From an uncultured Gammaproteobacteria bacterium (GTDB lineage: Bacteria > Patescibacteriota > Microgenomatia > Levybacterales > UBA12049): a stretch of DNA of 64,000 bases. Shown here piece after piece: positions 40,690 to 50,212 of this stretch. Positions within the stretch are counted from its first letter, which is position 1, and the number at the start of each line of letters is the position of its first letter. Made by a program: the position numbers and the translations under genes. The DNA lies in the NCBI GenBank assembly GCA_964416505.1, contig CAYQEJ010000004.1, positions 59,331-123,330 of the forward strand, read 5' to 3'. The notes under the pieces are model-generated. The model saw only the letters and a list, made by a program, of their open reading frames with translations, was not told where the DNA came from and did no database searches.

Positions 40690-41946
40690 TTACTCATTTC
40701 CCGAGACCGCGCGGAATTCTCTAATAGCAGTGACTTTCACTTCTCCTGGAATTGCTAAAGATCTACTTACTTCTTCTCTTATTTTATCAGCAATAAGTGT
40801 TGTTTCTGAATCATTCAACTTACCAGGATTAATGATCACCCGAAGCTCTCTTCCAGCTTCAAAAGCATAAGCATCCTCTACTCCATCATATTTCTTAGCG
40901 ATATCCTCCATCTCAGAAAGCCTTACACCATATTCCTCTATGTCTTCGTAACGCGCACCAGGTCTTGCTCCAGAAATTTGATCAGCGATATGAACAATTA
41001 CAGATTCGACTGATGAAAAAGGCTTATCCTCATGATGCTCAGCAACACAATTGATAATAGGTTCAGGAATATTATGCTTTTTAAGCAAATCTACTCCTAA
41101 TTTAACATGGCTTCCTTCTCCTGGAACGACCTTTCCAATATCATGAAGCATACAGGCGATCCTCACTATATTTACATCTGCTTTAATTTCTTCAGCGATA
41201 TGAGTTCCTATTTTTGCTGTTTCGAGCAAATGAAGTGTTAAGTTTTGACCATATGATGTTCTGAACTTTGCTCTTCCTAAAACTGCGATAAGATCTGCTG
41301 GAAGATTAAATACACCTACTTCATGTGAAAGTTTTTCTCCTTCTTCAAACATAATCTTCTCAACTTCTTTTTTTGTTTCTTCAACTATTTCTTCTATCCT
41401 AAAAGGCTGAACTCTAGTATCCTTAATAAGCTTCTCAAGTGATCTTCTGGCAATTTCACGTCTGACTTGATCAAAAGATGAAAGCCTAATCACTCCTTCC
41501 TCATCTAAGTCCACATCGACACCCGTAGCCTGTTCAAAAGCCCTAATATTTCTTCCTTCTTTCCCTATTATTCTTCCTTTTATTTCTTCATCAGGAATTC
41601 TAACGATAGAGACTGTATATTCTGGAATATAACTAACGGCACCATGGCGCATTGATTCCACTACTATCTCTTGCGCTCTTTTATCTGCAGTTCTTTTTGC
41701 CTCTTCTTCTCTTTCTCTAATTATTTTTGCTAAAATCTGCGCTTCTTTTTCTTCTATTTGGAGAAGTAACTCCTTCTTTGCCTCCTCTGAAGTTAACCCT
41801 GAAACTTTTTGAAGTTTTTCTATGTATTCATCTTTTTTATCTGCAATTTGCTTTTTTTCGCGCTCCAAATCTTCCCGCGCTTCATCGAGTTTTTCTTGTC
41901 TTTCTATTAATTTTTTTTCTAATTGGATTAAATCTTGATCAGCCAT
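40690..41946 (-). CDS. rny: Ribonuclease Y, lacking the N-terminal TM anchor
   Basis: KH domain KGRIIGKEGRNIR, HD domain LHDIGK, and ISGARPGAR and AGRELRV motifs. Confidence 0.95.
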   Translation of the reverse strand: MADQDLIQLEKKLIERQEKLDEAREDLEREKKQIADKKDEYIEKLQKVSGLTSEEAKKELLLQIEEKEAQILAKIIREREEEAKRTADKRAQEIVVESMRHGAVSYIPEYTVSIVRIPDEEIKGRIIGKEGRNIRAFEQATGVDVDLDEEGVIRLSSFDQVRREIARRSLEKLIKDTRVQPFRIEEIVEETKKEVEKIMFEEGEKLSHEVGVFNLPADLIAVLGRAKFRTSYGQNLTLHLLETAKIGTHIAEEIKADVNIVRIACMLHDIGKVVPGEGSHVKLGVDLLKKHNIPEPIINCVAEHHEDKPFSSVESVIVHIADQISGARPGARYEDIEEYGVRLSEMEDIAKKYDGVEDAYAFEAGRELRVIINPGKLNDSETTLIADKIREEVSRSLAIPGEVKVTAIREFRAVSGNE

Positions 41947-42062
41947 AAACTAAGAATAAAAAGAAATTCGGAAATAAATCCGGAAGCTTATCCTTCTATC
42001 AAATTGAGGTATAAATTAGATTTCATAATCCTCTTTTGACAATTTCTTCTTGTCTAATGCGT

Positions 42063-42091
42063 ATTATATTACTTATGCTTTAGAAAATCAA
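42063..42091 (-). promoter_or_regulatory. rny promoter
   Basis: TTGATT-17 bp-TATAAT on the minus strand, 2 bp from the palindromic repeat. Confidence 0.7.
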
Positions 42092-42093
42092 AG

Positions 42094-42126
42094 TTAGCCT
42101 CGCAAGGCCAGGCCTTGCGAGGCTAA
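42094..42126. repeat. REP-like perfect palindrome, copy 1
   Basis: TTAGCCTCGCAAGGCC-A-GGCCTTGCGAGGCTAA (16-1-16). Confidence 0.95.
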
Positions 42127-42152
42127 TGAAATACAATTCTTTAATTAAAAAT

Positions 42153-42626
42153 CTAGGAAAATATTTTTTTAACTATATCATAAGAAAAACCTTTTCTAAG
42201 TAAATAATTCATTACTTTCTCATGTCTTTTTTTAGGCTCCAAAGCTCTATAGAAATCCAATTTCTTTTCAGCTAACTTTTTAGCACTTTCGTAATCTATA
42301 TCTTTATTTTCTCGATCTTCAAGCAACTCGCTTACTAAACTTTGTGAAATCCCCTTCTGACTTAATTCATACCTAATAACCCTAAGGGGCCTGTTTCTAA
42401 ACTGCGTTCTCTGTTTTATCCAAAATTTTGCAAACTCTAGATCATTTATAAATTTGTATTCTTGAAGCTTAGACATAATTGAAAAAATCATCTCATCTGT
42501 TAATCCTGGAGATTTTTTCTGCTTTTCTTTTAGATAATCTAGAACTTCTTTTTCACTACGAGGCCTATATGAGAGGTATCTAAGAGACAGATTGTAATAG
42601 CGGGCAAAAATGATATCCGTGTCCAT
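42153..42626 (-). CDS. recX: Regulatory protein RecX
   Basis: YLSYRPRSEKE, IND..FA, ELSQKGI and LLRKGF motifs; directly downstream of recA. Confidence 0.93.
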   Translation of the reverse strand: MDTDIIFARYYNLSLRYLSYRPRSEKEVLDYLKEKQKKSPGLTDEMIFSIMSKLQEYKFINDLEFAKFWIKQRTQFRNRPLRVIRYELSQKGISQSLVSELLEDRENKDIDYESAKKLAEKKLDFYRALEPKKRHEKVMNYLLRKGFSYDIVKKIFS

Positions 42627-43718
42627 TTAAGATTCTTCACTATCAGAATCTTCATCGTTTTCAACTCCCACTTCGACAGGGGTTCCGTCTGATTTATTTT
42701 TCTTCATAATCTCATCTGTAATCTTTTTTGCCAGATTTGGATTTTCTTTCAAATAGTCCTTCGTTGCTTCTTTTCCTTGACCTAACATATCTTCCCCATA
42801 TCTATAAAACGCCCCTGATTTATTAATAATCCCCATCTCAACTCCCACATCTACAATTGCTCCTTCACGAGAAATCCCACCCTGCATAACATCATATTCT
42901 GCAATTCTAAAAGGCGAGGAAACTTTATTTTTTACTATTTTTACTCTATGACGAGATCCAATTACCTTATCTCCATCTTTTAAAGTTTCTATTTTTCTAG
43001 AATCAAGACGTACTGAAGCATAAAATTTAAGCGCTAAACCTCCAGTTGTAGTTTCTGGATTTCCAAACATGACCCCAATTTTTTGCCTTAGCTGATTAGT
43101 AAAAATTACAACTGTTTTAGACTTAGAAATCACTCCGGTAAGCTTTCTTAAAGCTTGAGACATAAGCCTAGCCTGAAGACCTACCATAGCATCTCCCATT
43201 TCTCCTTCTATTTCTGCCCTTGGGACAAGCGCCGCGACTGAATCAATTACTAAGACATCAATTCCCCCGGATCTAATAAGGCTTTCTGCAATTTCCAGTG
43301 CTTGCTCTCCAGTGTCTGGTTGAGAAATTAATAAGTCATCTAACTTCACACCAATTGTTTCTGCCCAAATCGGATCCAGCGCATGCTCTGCATCAATAAA
43401 TGCTGCTACTCCGCCTGTTTTCTGAGCTTCAGCAATCAAAGACAATGCTAAAGTGGTTTTTCCAGAAGCTTCTGGTCCATAGATTTCAATTATTCTACCT
43501 CTTGGAAGCCCACCAACTCCCAGCGCTATGTCCACAGGAAGAATTCCTGTGGGAATTACCTGGATATCTAGCTTCTGAGCTGCTTCCCCCATACGCATGA
43601 TAGAACCTCTACCATACTGCTTTTCAATTTGCTCCATAGCCATCCTAACTGCGTCAAGCTTTGCGGATTGCTCTACTTTTTCAACTGCTGGAAGTGGATT
43701 TTTTGCGGTCCTTGCCAT
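42627..43718 (-). CDS. recA: Recombinase RecA
   Basis: [26 protein letters not shown] and [12 protein letters not shown] motifs. Confidence 0.99.
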   Translation of the reverse strand: MARTAKNPLPAVEKVEQSAKLDAVRMAMEQIEKQYGRGSIMRMGEAAQKLDIQVIPTGILPVDIALGVGGLPRGRIIEIYGPEASGKTTLALSLIAEAQKTGGVAAFIDAEHALDPIWAETIGVKLDDLLISQPDTGEQALEIAESLIRSGGIDVLVIDSVAALVPRAEIEGEMGDAMVGLQARLMSQALRKLTGVISKSKTVVIFTNQLRQKIGVMFGNPETTTGGLALKFYASVRLDSRKIETLKDGDKVIGSRHRVKIVKNKVSSPFRIAEYDVMQGGISREGAIVDVGVEMGIINKSGAFYRYGEDMLGQGKEATKDYLKENPNLAKKITDEIMKKNKSDGTPVEVGVENDEDSDSEES

Positions 43719-43724
43719 GTCAAA

Positions 43725-43753
43725 ATAATAGACTACATTTCAGTAAAATTCAA
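43725..43753 (-). promoter_or_regulatory. recA promoter, leaderless geometry
   Basis: TTGAAT-17 bp-TATTAT-6 nt-ATG. Confidence 0.65.
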
Positions 43754-43776
43754 GAACCGATTTCGTAAGAGATTAG

Positions 43777-43847
43777 TCGGGGTGCCGAGAATCGAACTTG
43801 GACCACACGGCCCCCAGCCGCGCATTCTACCACTAAACTACACCCCG
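43777..43847 (-). tRNA. tRNA-Pro(GGG), CCA not encoded
   Basis: Acceptor stem CGGGGTG/CACCCCG-A; anticodon arm CGCGG-CTGGGGG-CCGTG; T loop TTCGATT; upstream TGGTAAAAT. Confidence 0.95.
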
Positions 43848-43909
43848 AAATCACAAGTATTTTACCATAAATTTGTTCTTTAGCCTCCTCTCAAGTATAA
43901 TTAACTACC

Positions 43910-44656
43910 ATGAATGATCTTTCTGAAAAAAGAAAAGAAGCTATAAAAAAATATCCCAAACTAGGAGAAGTGTCCGATGAAAATTTTCCTAAACATATTT
44001 TTATAATTCCTGATGGAAACAGAAGGTATGCTTCGAAAAACAATAAACCTGCATTTTGGGGACATGAAAAAGGATTTAAAGTAGCAATTAATTTACTTAG
44101 ATTTTTCAGACCATTTCCGATAAAAACAGTGACACTTTGGGGTTTTTCTTCTGACAATTGGAAAAGAGACACTGGGGAAATTAAGAATCTCATGCGAATC
44201 TTCGGATTCATAATAGACAACTACTTAGATGAAATTAAGGAGTACAACTCCAGATTTGTTCATCTCGGGAGACGCGATAGATTACCAAAAAATCTGCTTA
44301 ATAAGATAGAAAAGGCTGAGAGAGAAACTAAGAATAATACTGGTCAGATTGTCTGTCTGGCGCTGGACTTCGGCGGAGAAGACTCTAACGTAAGAAGCGC
44401 TTTAAAAGCCAGGCAAACAAACTTTGAAATAAATGAAGAAACGATTTGGAAATTAAGAGACACTGAAGGCTTAATAAGATCAGCAGATTTAATCTTTAGA
44501 ACCAGCGAAAAAAGAACATCTGATGTGGGTTTTCTGAACGGAAAACACTCTGTATTGTTTTTTGCAGAAGATAAATTATTCCCTGAAGTAACTGAAGATG
44601 ACCTAGCAGATGCAATTTATTATTATTCACAAACAAAAAGAAACGAAGGAAAATGA
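43910..44656 (+). CDS. uppS: cis-prenyltransferase (undecaprenyl diphosphate synthase family)
   Basis: HIFIIPDGNRR, GFSSDNWKR and DLIFRTSEKRTS motifs; promoter TTGTTC-17 bp-TATAAT 8 nt upstream. Confidence 0.92.
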   Translation: MNDLSEKRKEAIKKYPKLGEVSDENFPKHIFIIPDGNRRYASKNNKPAFWGHEKGFKVAINLLRFFRPFPIKTVTLWGFSSDNWKRDTGEIKNLMRIFGFIIDNYLDEIKEYNSRFVHLGRRDRLPKNLLNKIEKAERETKNNTGQIVCLALDFGGEDSNVRSALKARQTNFEINEETIWKLRDTEGLIRSADLIFRTSEKRTSDVGFLNGKHSVLFFAEDKLFPEVTEDDLADAIYYYSQTKRNEGK

Positions 44657-45195
44657 TGCTTAATTATTACAAACAAAAGCAACTTATTGCTAAAGTTGAC
44701 GAGAAAGGAAATATATTAGGAGAGATTGAAAAATGGGAAGCACATAAAAATGGAATTCTTCATAAAGCTATAACAGTAACAATTTTTTTTAATAATAAAC
44801 TCATAATCCAACATAGGCGACATCCAGCTTTTGACAAAACTTACGACGTAACCTCATCTTCACACCAGCTATTTATAAAAGGAAAGCTCCAAACTAGTAA
44901 AGATACAGCAAGAGATTGTTTAAAAAGAGAATGGAATCTTAACGAAGATCAATATTCTAATTTAAAAAATCTTGGATCAATATACTATAAAGCAAAGGAT
45001 CCCAATAGCGAATTTACAGAACATGAGATTTGTGACGTTTTAACAGTGGAAGTAAATAGTAAACCTGAACCAAACTTAGATTTTTCCTATGACGCTCTCT
45101 TGGTAAGTCTCGAAGAATTAAAAAATAAAGATTCGAGGATTTTTAAAAACCTTGCACCGTGGGTAAAGGTAATGATAGAAGAAGGAAAAATTTAA
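44653..45195 (+). CDS. idi: Isopentenyl-diphosphate delta-isomerase, type 1 (NUDIX fold)
   Basis: EKWEAH..GILHKA, SSSH, YKA, EHEIC and APW motifs; translationally coupled to uppS. Confidence 0.8.
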   Translation: MMLNYYKQKQLIAKVDEKGNILGEIEKWEAHKNGILHKAITVTIFFNNKLIIQHRRHPAFDKTYDVTSSSHQLFIKGKLQTSKDTARDCLKREWNLNEDQYSNLKNLGSIYYKAKDPNSEFTEHEICDVLTVEVNSKPEPNLDFSYDALLVSLEELKNKDSRIFKNLAPWVKVMIEEGKI

Positions 45196-45665
45196 CGTTT
45201 TGGAGATTGTTTTTGTCTTCTTGCTTTTCCGCCAGTTCCAACTTTTCTTCTCTCCCTAACTCTTTGATCACGAGTTAATAATCCTTTTTTTCGAAGCACT
45301 GGCTTTACTCCCTCATCAATTGCAGCTAAAGCTCTAGAAAGACCTAAAACAAAAGCTCCAAGTTGAGATGCAGTTCCTCCACCGACTACTCTTGCTGTAA
45401 TAGCATACTTATTCAATGCATCTGCTAATTTAAGTGGTTCTTCATATGTAGCTTTTGCTACAACTCCACTAAAATATTCAGAAATATTTCTTCCGTTAAC
45501 AACTAAATCGCCTTTCTTAACTTCGTATTCTTCAAATTTTAGAGCATCTGGAACTTTAGAATAGACTCTAACACGAGCCACTGCTGCTCTTCTTCGTCCT
45601 ACAGCAAACATAAATTCCTTATATTTTTTTGTTCCCCCAACTTGTGTTTTTAATTCTTCTGCCAT
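45192..45665 (-). CDS. rpsI: 30S ribosomal protein S9
   Basis: GRRRAAVARV and LTRD.RVRERRK..QSPKR motifs. Confidence 0.97.
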   Translation of the reverse strand: MAEELKTQVGGTKKYKEFMFAVGRRRAAVARVRVYSKVPDALKFEEYEVKKGDLVVNGRNISEYFSGVVAKATYEEPLKLADALNKYAITARVVGGGTASQLGAFVLGLSRALAAIDEGVKPVLRKKGLLTRDQRVRERRKVGTGGKARRQKQSPKR

Positions 45666-45667
45666 AT

Positions 45668-46090
45668 TTAGTTTGTACCTTTCTTTGTAAATTTATCTGA
45701 AAATGTATGCTCAACTCCACCAAATACCTTAAGTCTTCCTAGCATTTCATCCCTTAATTTGTTTTGAGGAAGCATTCCTTTTACAGCGTGAACTATTATA
45801 TCAGAAGATTTTCTATTTCTAAGCTCTCCAAGCGTTTCTTCTTTAAATCCTCCTGGATATCCAGAATGTCTTCTGTAAACTTTTTTTGTTTCTTTATTTC
45901 CTGTAACTGCAACTTTATCTGAATTTATTACAACTACAAAATCTCCGCAGTCTAAGTTCTTAACAAAGTATGGTTTACCTTTTCCCATTAAAAGTCCTGC
46001 AATTTCAGTTGACGTTCTACCTAGATTTTTACCATCTACATCAATCAAATGCCACACTCTTTTTATTTCTGCTGCTCTTGTTGCTTTCAT
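45668..46090 (-). CDS. rplM: 50S ribosomal protein L13
   Basis: WHLID, DCGDFVVVIN, HSGYPGG and VKGMLP motifs. Confidence 0.97.
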   Translation of the reverse strand: MKATRAAEIKRVWHLIDVDGKNLGRTSTEIAGLLMGKGKPYFVKNLDCGDFVVVINSDKVAVTGNKETKKVYRRHSGYPGGFKEETLGELRNRKSSDIIVHAVKGMLPQNKLRDEMLGRLKVFGGVEHTFSDKFTKKGTN

Positions 46091-46572
46091 TATTTAGTTT
46101 TCCCTTCTGTTTTCTTTGCTGGTTTCTTAACTGTCTTTACCTTAACTGCTTTAGCTTTTACTTCCTTGGGTTTAGCTTCTTTCTTTGATTCTTTAGCTTC
46201 TACTTTCGGAGCAACTGCTTCGCCCTCCACCCATTCCATTATAACCATCGATGCATTATCATTAAATCTATTTCCCGCTCTTACAATCCTTGTATATCCT
46301 CCAGCTCTATTCTTAAATCTTGGTGCAATATCTGAAATCATCTTATCTAGCTCATGCTTTTTAAGGCTACCTGATAAAAGTCTTCTTGCGTTGATTTCTT
46401 CTTTCTTCGCCTTTGTAACCATTTTTTCTAGATCAGCTCTTATGGATTTTGCTTTTTCCTCTGTTGTACTTATTTTTCCATACATTATCATAGAAGAAAT
46501 AAGACCATTAAATAAGGCTTTTCTTTCATTTGAATCTCTTTTAAATTTTCTACCAAAAACTTGTTTTCTCAT
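46090..46572 (-). CDS. rplQ: 50S ribosomal protein L17 with a Lys-rich tail
   Basis: ISTTEEKAK and RAGGYTRI motifs. Confidence 0.96.
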   Translation of the reverse strand: MRKQVFGRKFKRDSNERKALFNGLISSMIMYGKISTTEEKAKSIRADLEKMVTKAKKEEINARRLLSGSLKKHELDKMISDIAPRFKNRAGGYTRIVRAGNRFNDNASMVIMEWVEGEAVAPKVEAKESKKEAKPKEVKAKAVKVKTVKKPAKKTEGKTK

Positions 46573-46580
46573 AATCTAAA

Positions 46581-46678
46581 AAATCCGAAGCTCGAAATCA
46601 GAAATACGAAACAATTTTCAAAACTTTAATCTTTCAAAATTTTTTTGTTTCGAGTTTCGAAATTCGAATTTCGGATTT
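46581..46678. repeat. Imperfect inverted repeat built from 7-bp tandem units
   Basis: Left arm AAATCCG AAGCTCG AAATCAG AAATACG AAACAA; reverse complement of right arm AAATCCG AAATTCG AATTTCG AAACTCG AAACAA. Confidence 0.85.
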
Positions 46679-46681
46679 ATA

Positions 46682-47605
46682 TTAGGCAGACAGCTCTATC
46701 CCTTTTTCTTTAAGCTTATCTTCAATTATAGAGATAGATTTTCCTCCCATATTTCTCATAGAAATAAGGTCTTTTCTAGGAGCTTCTACTAGCTGTCCAA
46801 TTGTTTCAATTCCGCCATTCCTTAGAGAATTATAAATTCTGGTTGGAAGATCCAATTCATCTATTGTTAATTTAAGTGTAGTATCTGGGATATCAGATCT
46901 AGATGAATCTGACTCAGAAACTACTTCTGTTTTTGGATCAAATATTTGATGGAAGTATGAATTAAGATTTCTAGCTGCATAATCAAGAGCTTCTTTTGGA
47001 GATACTACTCCATTTGTCCAAATATGAAGCGTAAGTTTATCTAAATTAGTTTGTCTTCCAACACGAGTTGCTGAAACTGTATAATTAACTCTTTTTACTG
47101 GTGTAAAAATAGCATCAGTTGGAATCACTCCAAGAGATGAGCTTCTTCTTTCTTCGGAAAGAGAATAACTAAATCCCCTCTCAATAGTCATTTCAAGATC
47201 TAATTTTCCTTTCTTATCTGCAAGTGTTCCTATGTAATGATCTGGATTTGCAATCTCTACATCTTCAGGGAGATCTAAATCCTTTGCGGTAATTTCTTTT
47301 GGACCTTTTACTGATAACTTAACTACGCTTTGATCTTTTGAATTTAGAAGTTTAAAGTTAAGCCCTTTTATATTTAATAAAAGGTCAATAACATTTTCCT
47401 TAACCCCAGGAATAGTAGAGAATCTATGCTTTGCTCCTCCGATCTTAACTGAAGTTACTGCAACTCCGGGCATAGAGATTAGAAGAACGCGTCTAAGAGC
47501 TGTTCCCAATGTATGTCCGTAACCTGGCTCTAAAGGTTCTATTACGAACTCTCCGTAGTCAGCTGTCAACTTTTCTTCTTTAATTTTAAAGGTTGGTTCT
47601 GTCAT
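46682..47605 (-). CDS. rpoA: RNA polymerase alpha subunit
   Basis: EPLEPGYGHTLGTALRRVLL, DAIFTPV and CTD RIYNSL..NMGGKS motifs. Confidence 0.98.
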   Translation of the reverse strand: MTEPTFKIKEEKLTADYGEFVIEPLEPGYGHTLGTALRRVLLISMPGVAVTSVKIGGAKHRFSTIPGVKENVIDLLLNIKGLNFKLLNSKDQSVVKLSVKGPKEITAKDLDLPEDVEIANPDHYIGTLADKKGKLDLEMTIERGFSYSLSEERRSSSLGVIPTDAIFTPVKRVNYTVSATRVGRQTNLDKLTLHIWTNGVVSPKEALDYAARNLNSYFHQIFDPKTEVVSESDSSRSDIPDTTLKLTIDELDLPTRIYNSLRNGGIETIGQLVEAPRKDLISMRNMGGKSISIIEDKLKEKGIELSA

Positions 47606-47622
47606 AAAGAATTATTTTACCA

Positions 47623-48225
47623 TTATCTTGAATAATATTCAATAATCAACTGTGTATTGAAAGGGACCTCTAGATCGTCTTTTTTTGGCGCTTTTAAAAG
47701 TTTTCCTACGCTTCCTTTACGCTCAACAAATGCAACCAAATCCTGTCTTTCTTCCATAGCCTGTAATATTAATGGATTGGCTTGTGATTTTTCCCTTAGC
47801 GAAATAACATCGTCAACTTTAACCTGATATGAAGGAATGTTTACTCTTTTATCGTTTACTAAAACATGACCATGAGAAACTAATTGTCTTGCTCCAGCAC
47901 GTGATCTAGAAAATCCAAGTCTATATACGATGTTATCCAGCCTAGTTTCTAAAAGAGAAACCAAAAGCTCGCCCGTTTCATCTGTTTGATTTTCTGCATA
48001 TTTAAAAAGCTTTTTAAATTGCTTTTCCATAATGCCATACATTGCTTTTGCTTTTTGTTTTTCTCTTAACTGTTCTCCGTATTCAGAAAGTCTCTTTTTT
48101 CTTTTTCTTGCATGCTGTCCTGGTGGGATATTTAATCTTCTGGATAAGGTATTTGATGTCTTATCTAAAAGATTTATTCCTTCGCGTCTAGATAATTTAT
48201 GTTTTGGTCCTGTATATCTTGCCAT
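47623..48225 (-). CDS. rpsD: 30S ribosomal protein S4
   Basis: MARYTGP, LETRLDN, ARQLVSHGH and IIEYYSR motifs. Confidence 0.98.
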   Translation of the reverse strand: MARYTGPKHKLSRREGINLLDKTSNTLSRRLNIPPGQHARKRKKRLSEYGEQLREKQKAKAMYGIMEKQFKKLFKYAENQTDETGELLVSLLETRLDNIVYRLGFSRSRAGARQLVSHGHVLVNDKRVNIPSYQVKVDDVISLREKSQANPLILQAMEERQDLVAFVERKGSVGKLLKAPKKDDLEVPFNTQLIIEYYSR

Positions 48226-48227
48226 AA

Positions 48228-48626
48228 TTAAATTCTTCTTTTCTTACTTGCTCTTGGTCCATTATGTGGAATTGGTGTCGTATCTGCGATTTGAATAATT
48301 GAAAGACCCGCACCTTTAATTGCTCGAAGCGCTGAATCTCTTCCCGCGCCTGGTCCTTTAATATAAACTTCTACGCTTTTTAGTCCCCCTGCTATAGCTT
48401 TTTTTGCAACTGATTCAACAGCTGTACTAGCTGCAAAAGGAGTAGATTTTCTGGTTCCTTTAAATCCGCTTGCTCCAGCCGAAGACCATCCGATCGTATC
48501 GCCTTTATTATTTGTGAAAGTTACTAGCGTATTATTAAATGTTGCAGTTATATAAACCTTACCGTTTTCAGTAATTCTATTAACTTTTTTCTTTGTTGTT
48601 ACTTTTTTTGTTGCTTCTTTTGCCAT
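48228..48626 (-). CDS. rpsK: 30S ribosomal protein S11
   Basis: [19 protein letters not shown] and TPIPHNG motifs. Confidence 0.98.
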   Translation of the reverse strand: MAKEATKKVTTKKKVNRITENGKVYITATFNNTLVTFTNNKGDTIGWSSAGASGFKGTRKSTPFAASTAVESVAKKAIAGGLKSVEVYIKGPGAGRDSALRAIKGAGLSIIQIADTTPIPHNGPRASKKRRI

Positions 48627-48631
48627 ATTTA

Positions 48632-49024
48632 TTATTCAGATAATCCCATTTTTACTGCTACTTCTTTTTTAATTGCTCCGATTGTTACTCTCTTTCCTCT
48701 TTTTGTTCTTGCATTTGATCTTGTTCTTTGTCCTCTGGATGGTAGATTTCTAGCATGCCTCATTCCTCTGTAGGCTCCAATATCTCTTAATCTCCTAATA
48801 TTTGCATTAACTTCAGTTCTTAAATCTCCTTCAGTTTTATATGTCTCAAGAGCCTGCTGAATCATTTTTTGCTCTTCTTCTGTTAATGCTTTAACTCTTT
48901 TTGATCCATCAACTTTAGCTTTTTCAAGAATTTCATAAACATTTTTTCTTCCAACCCCATAAATATAGCCTAATGCTATTTCTAATTTCTTTTCATCTGG
49001 TATGTTTACTCCTGAAATTCTCAT
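48632..49024 (-). CDS. rpsM: 30S ribosomal protein S13
   Basis: [14 protein letters not shown] and [14 protein letters not shown] motifs. Confidence 0.98.
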   Translation of the reverse strand: MRISGVNIPDEKKLEIALGYIYGVGRKNVYEILEKAKVDGSKRVKALTEEEQKMIQQALETYKTEGDLRTEVNANIRRLRDIGAYRGMRHARNLPSRGQRTRSNARTKRGKRVTIGAIKKEVAVKMGLSE

Positions 49025-49027
49025 AAT

Positions 49028-49141
49028 TTAACCTTGTCTTTGCTTATGTCTAGGATTATCACAGATAACCCTTACGACTCCACGTCTTTTAATAACTTTA
49101 CATTTTGAACATCTTGGACCAATACTTGCTTGAACTTTCAT
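49028..49141 (-). CDS. rpmJ: 50S ribosomal protein L36 (missing from the ORF track)
   Basis: Manual translation: [37 protein letters not shown]. Confidence 0.97.
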   Translation of the reverse strand: MKVQASIGPRCSKCKVIKRRGVVRVICDNPRHKQRQG

Positions 49142-49142
49142 A

Positions 49143-49361
49143 TTACTTTAACCTAAAGGTTATCCTTCCTTTTGATTCATCATATGGCGTCATCTCTACT
49201 CTCACCCTGTCTCCAGGAAGAATTTTTATAAAATGCATCCGCATTTTTCCAGACAAATGACAAATGATTATTTTGCCATCCGGAAGCTCAACTCTAAATA
49301 ATGTATTAGGCAGAGATTCCAAAACTTTTCCTTCAACTTCAAATGACCCCTGATGCGCCAT
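49143..49361 (-). CDS. infA: Translation initiation factor IF-1
   Basis: [15 protein letters not shown] and GDRV.VEMTPYD motifs. Confidence 0.98.
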   Translation of the reverse strand: MAHQGSFEVEGKVLESLPNTLFRVELPDGKIIICHLSGKMRMHFIKILPGDRVRVEMTPYDESKGRITFRLK

Positions 49362-49452
49362 AAATATTAAACGATAGATCTAGAAGATAGACTCCTATTT
49401 CTACCGTCGTTATTGTGCCCTCAATTATAGCAAAACAGGCTCGAAAGAGCAA
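49362..49452 (-). promoter_or_regulatory. Internal promoter and structured leader of infA and the alpha operon
   Basis: TTGCTC-17 bp-TATAAT with an extended TG (49452-49424); bulged hairpin at 49370-49411. Confidence 0.65.
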
Positions 49453-49453
49453 G

Positions 49454-50212
49454 TTATTTTGTTAAGATTTCTACGCCACCTTCAGATACTAATACTGTTC
49501 TTTCGAAAAGACCTGATAAAGAGCCATCTTCAGTCGAAATTGTCCAGTTGTCATCATTATAATATTTAACTTCAAAACTACCCATATTATAAATTACTTC
49601 TACAGCAATGGTCATACCTTCTTTAAGTAGAGGGGTTTTCTCAATTTTTTTATTTAAATAACCTGGAACCTCTGGATCTTCATGTAAATTTCTCCCAACA
49701 CCATGCCCAATAAGACTCCTAACTACAGAGTATCCATTTTCTTTTTCAACAATATCCTGGATCGTTTTGGAAATATGACCAATACGATTTCCCGGCATAA
49801 CTTGTAAAATAGCTTCATTTAGAGCTCTTTCTCCCACTTCAAGAAACTTTTCTAATTCAGAACTTTTTTTATTACCTACAATTTTTGAATGAGACATGTC
49901 CGTATGAAAACCTTTATAAAAAACTCCACAATCTACTCCTACAATATCTCCATCTTTAAATACATAGTTGCTAGGAATTCCATGAACCACTACATCATTC
50001 GTAGAGATGCAAGTTGCATATGAATAGCCCTCTACTTTTTTGAATCCAGGTTCTCCTCCTTTTTCAACAATTAGTCGATCAGCTAAAGCATCTACTTCTT
50101 TCTCCGAAACACCGGGTTTTATAAAATCCATTACCTCCCATAATGTTTCAGCAAGAATTTTGCCTCCTGCTCTCATTATTTCAATTTCTTCTTTTGTCTT
50201 TATATCAACCAT
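49454..50212 (-). CDS. map: Methionine aminopeptidase, type I
   Basis: CIS.NDVVVHGIP, DCG, HTD, GHGVG..LHEDP and AVE motifs. Confidence 0.97.
   Translation of the reverse strand: MVDIKTKEEIEIMRAGGKILAETLWEVMDFIKPGVSEKEVDALADRLIVEKGGEPGFKKVEGYSYATCISTNDVVVHGIPSNYVFKDGDIVGVDCGVFYKGFHTDMSHSKIVGNKKSSELEKFLEVGERALNEAILQVMPGNRIGHISKTIQDIVEKENGYSVVRSLIGHGVGRNLHEDPEVPGYLNKKIEKTPLLKEGMTIAVEVIYNMGSFEVKYYNDDNWTISTEDGSLSGLFERTVLVSEGGVEILTK

Noticed and set aside
43777-43847. tRNA-Pro as an integration site
   Set aside because: I saw no duplicated tRNA 3' end and no integrase in the window.
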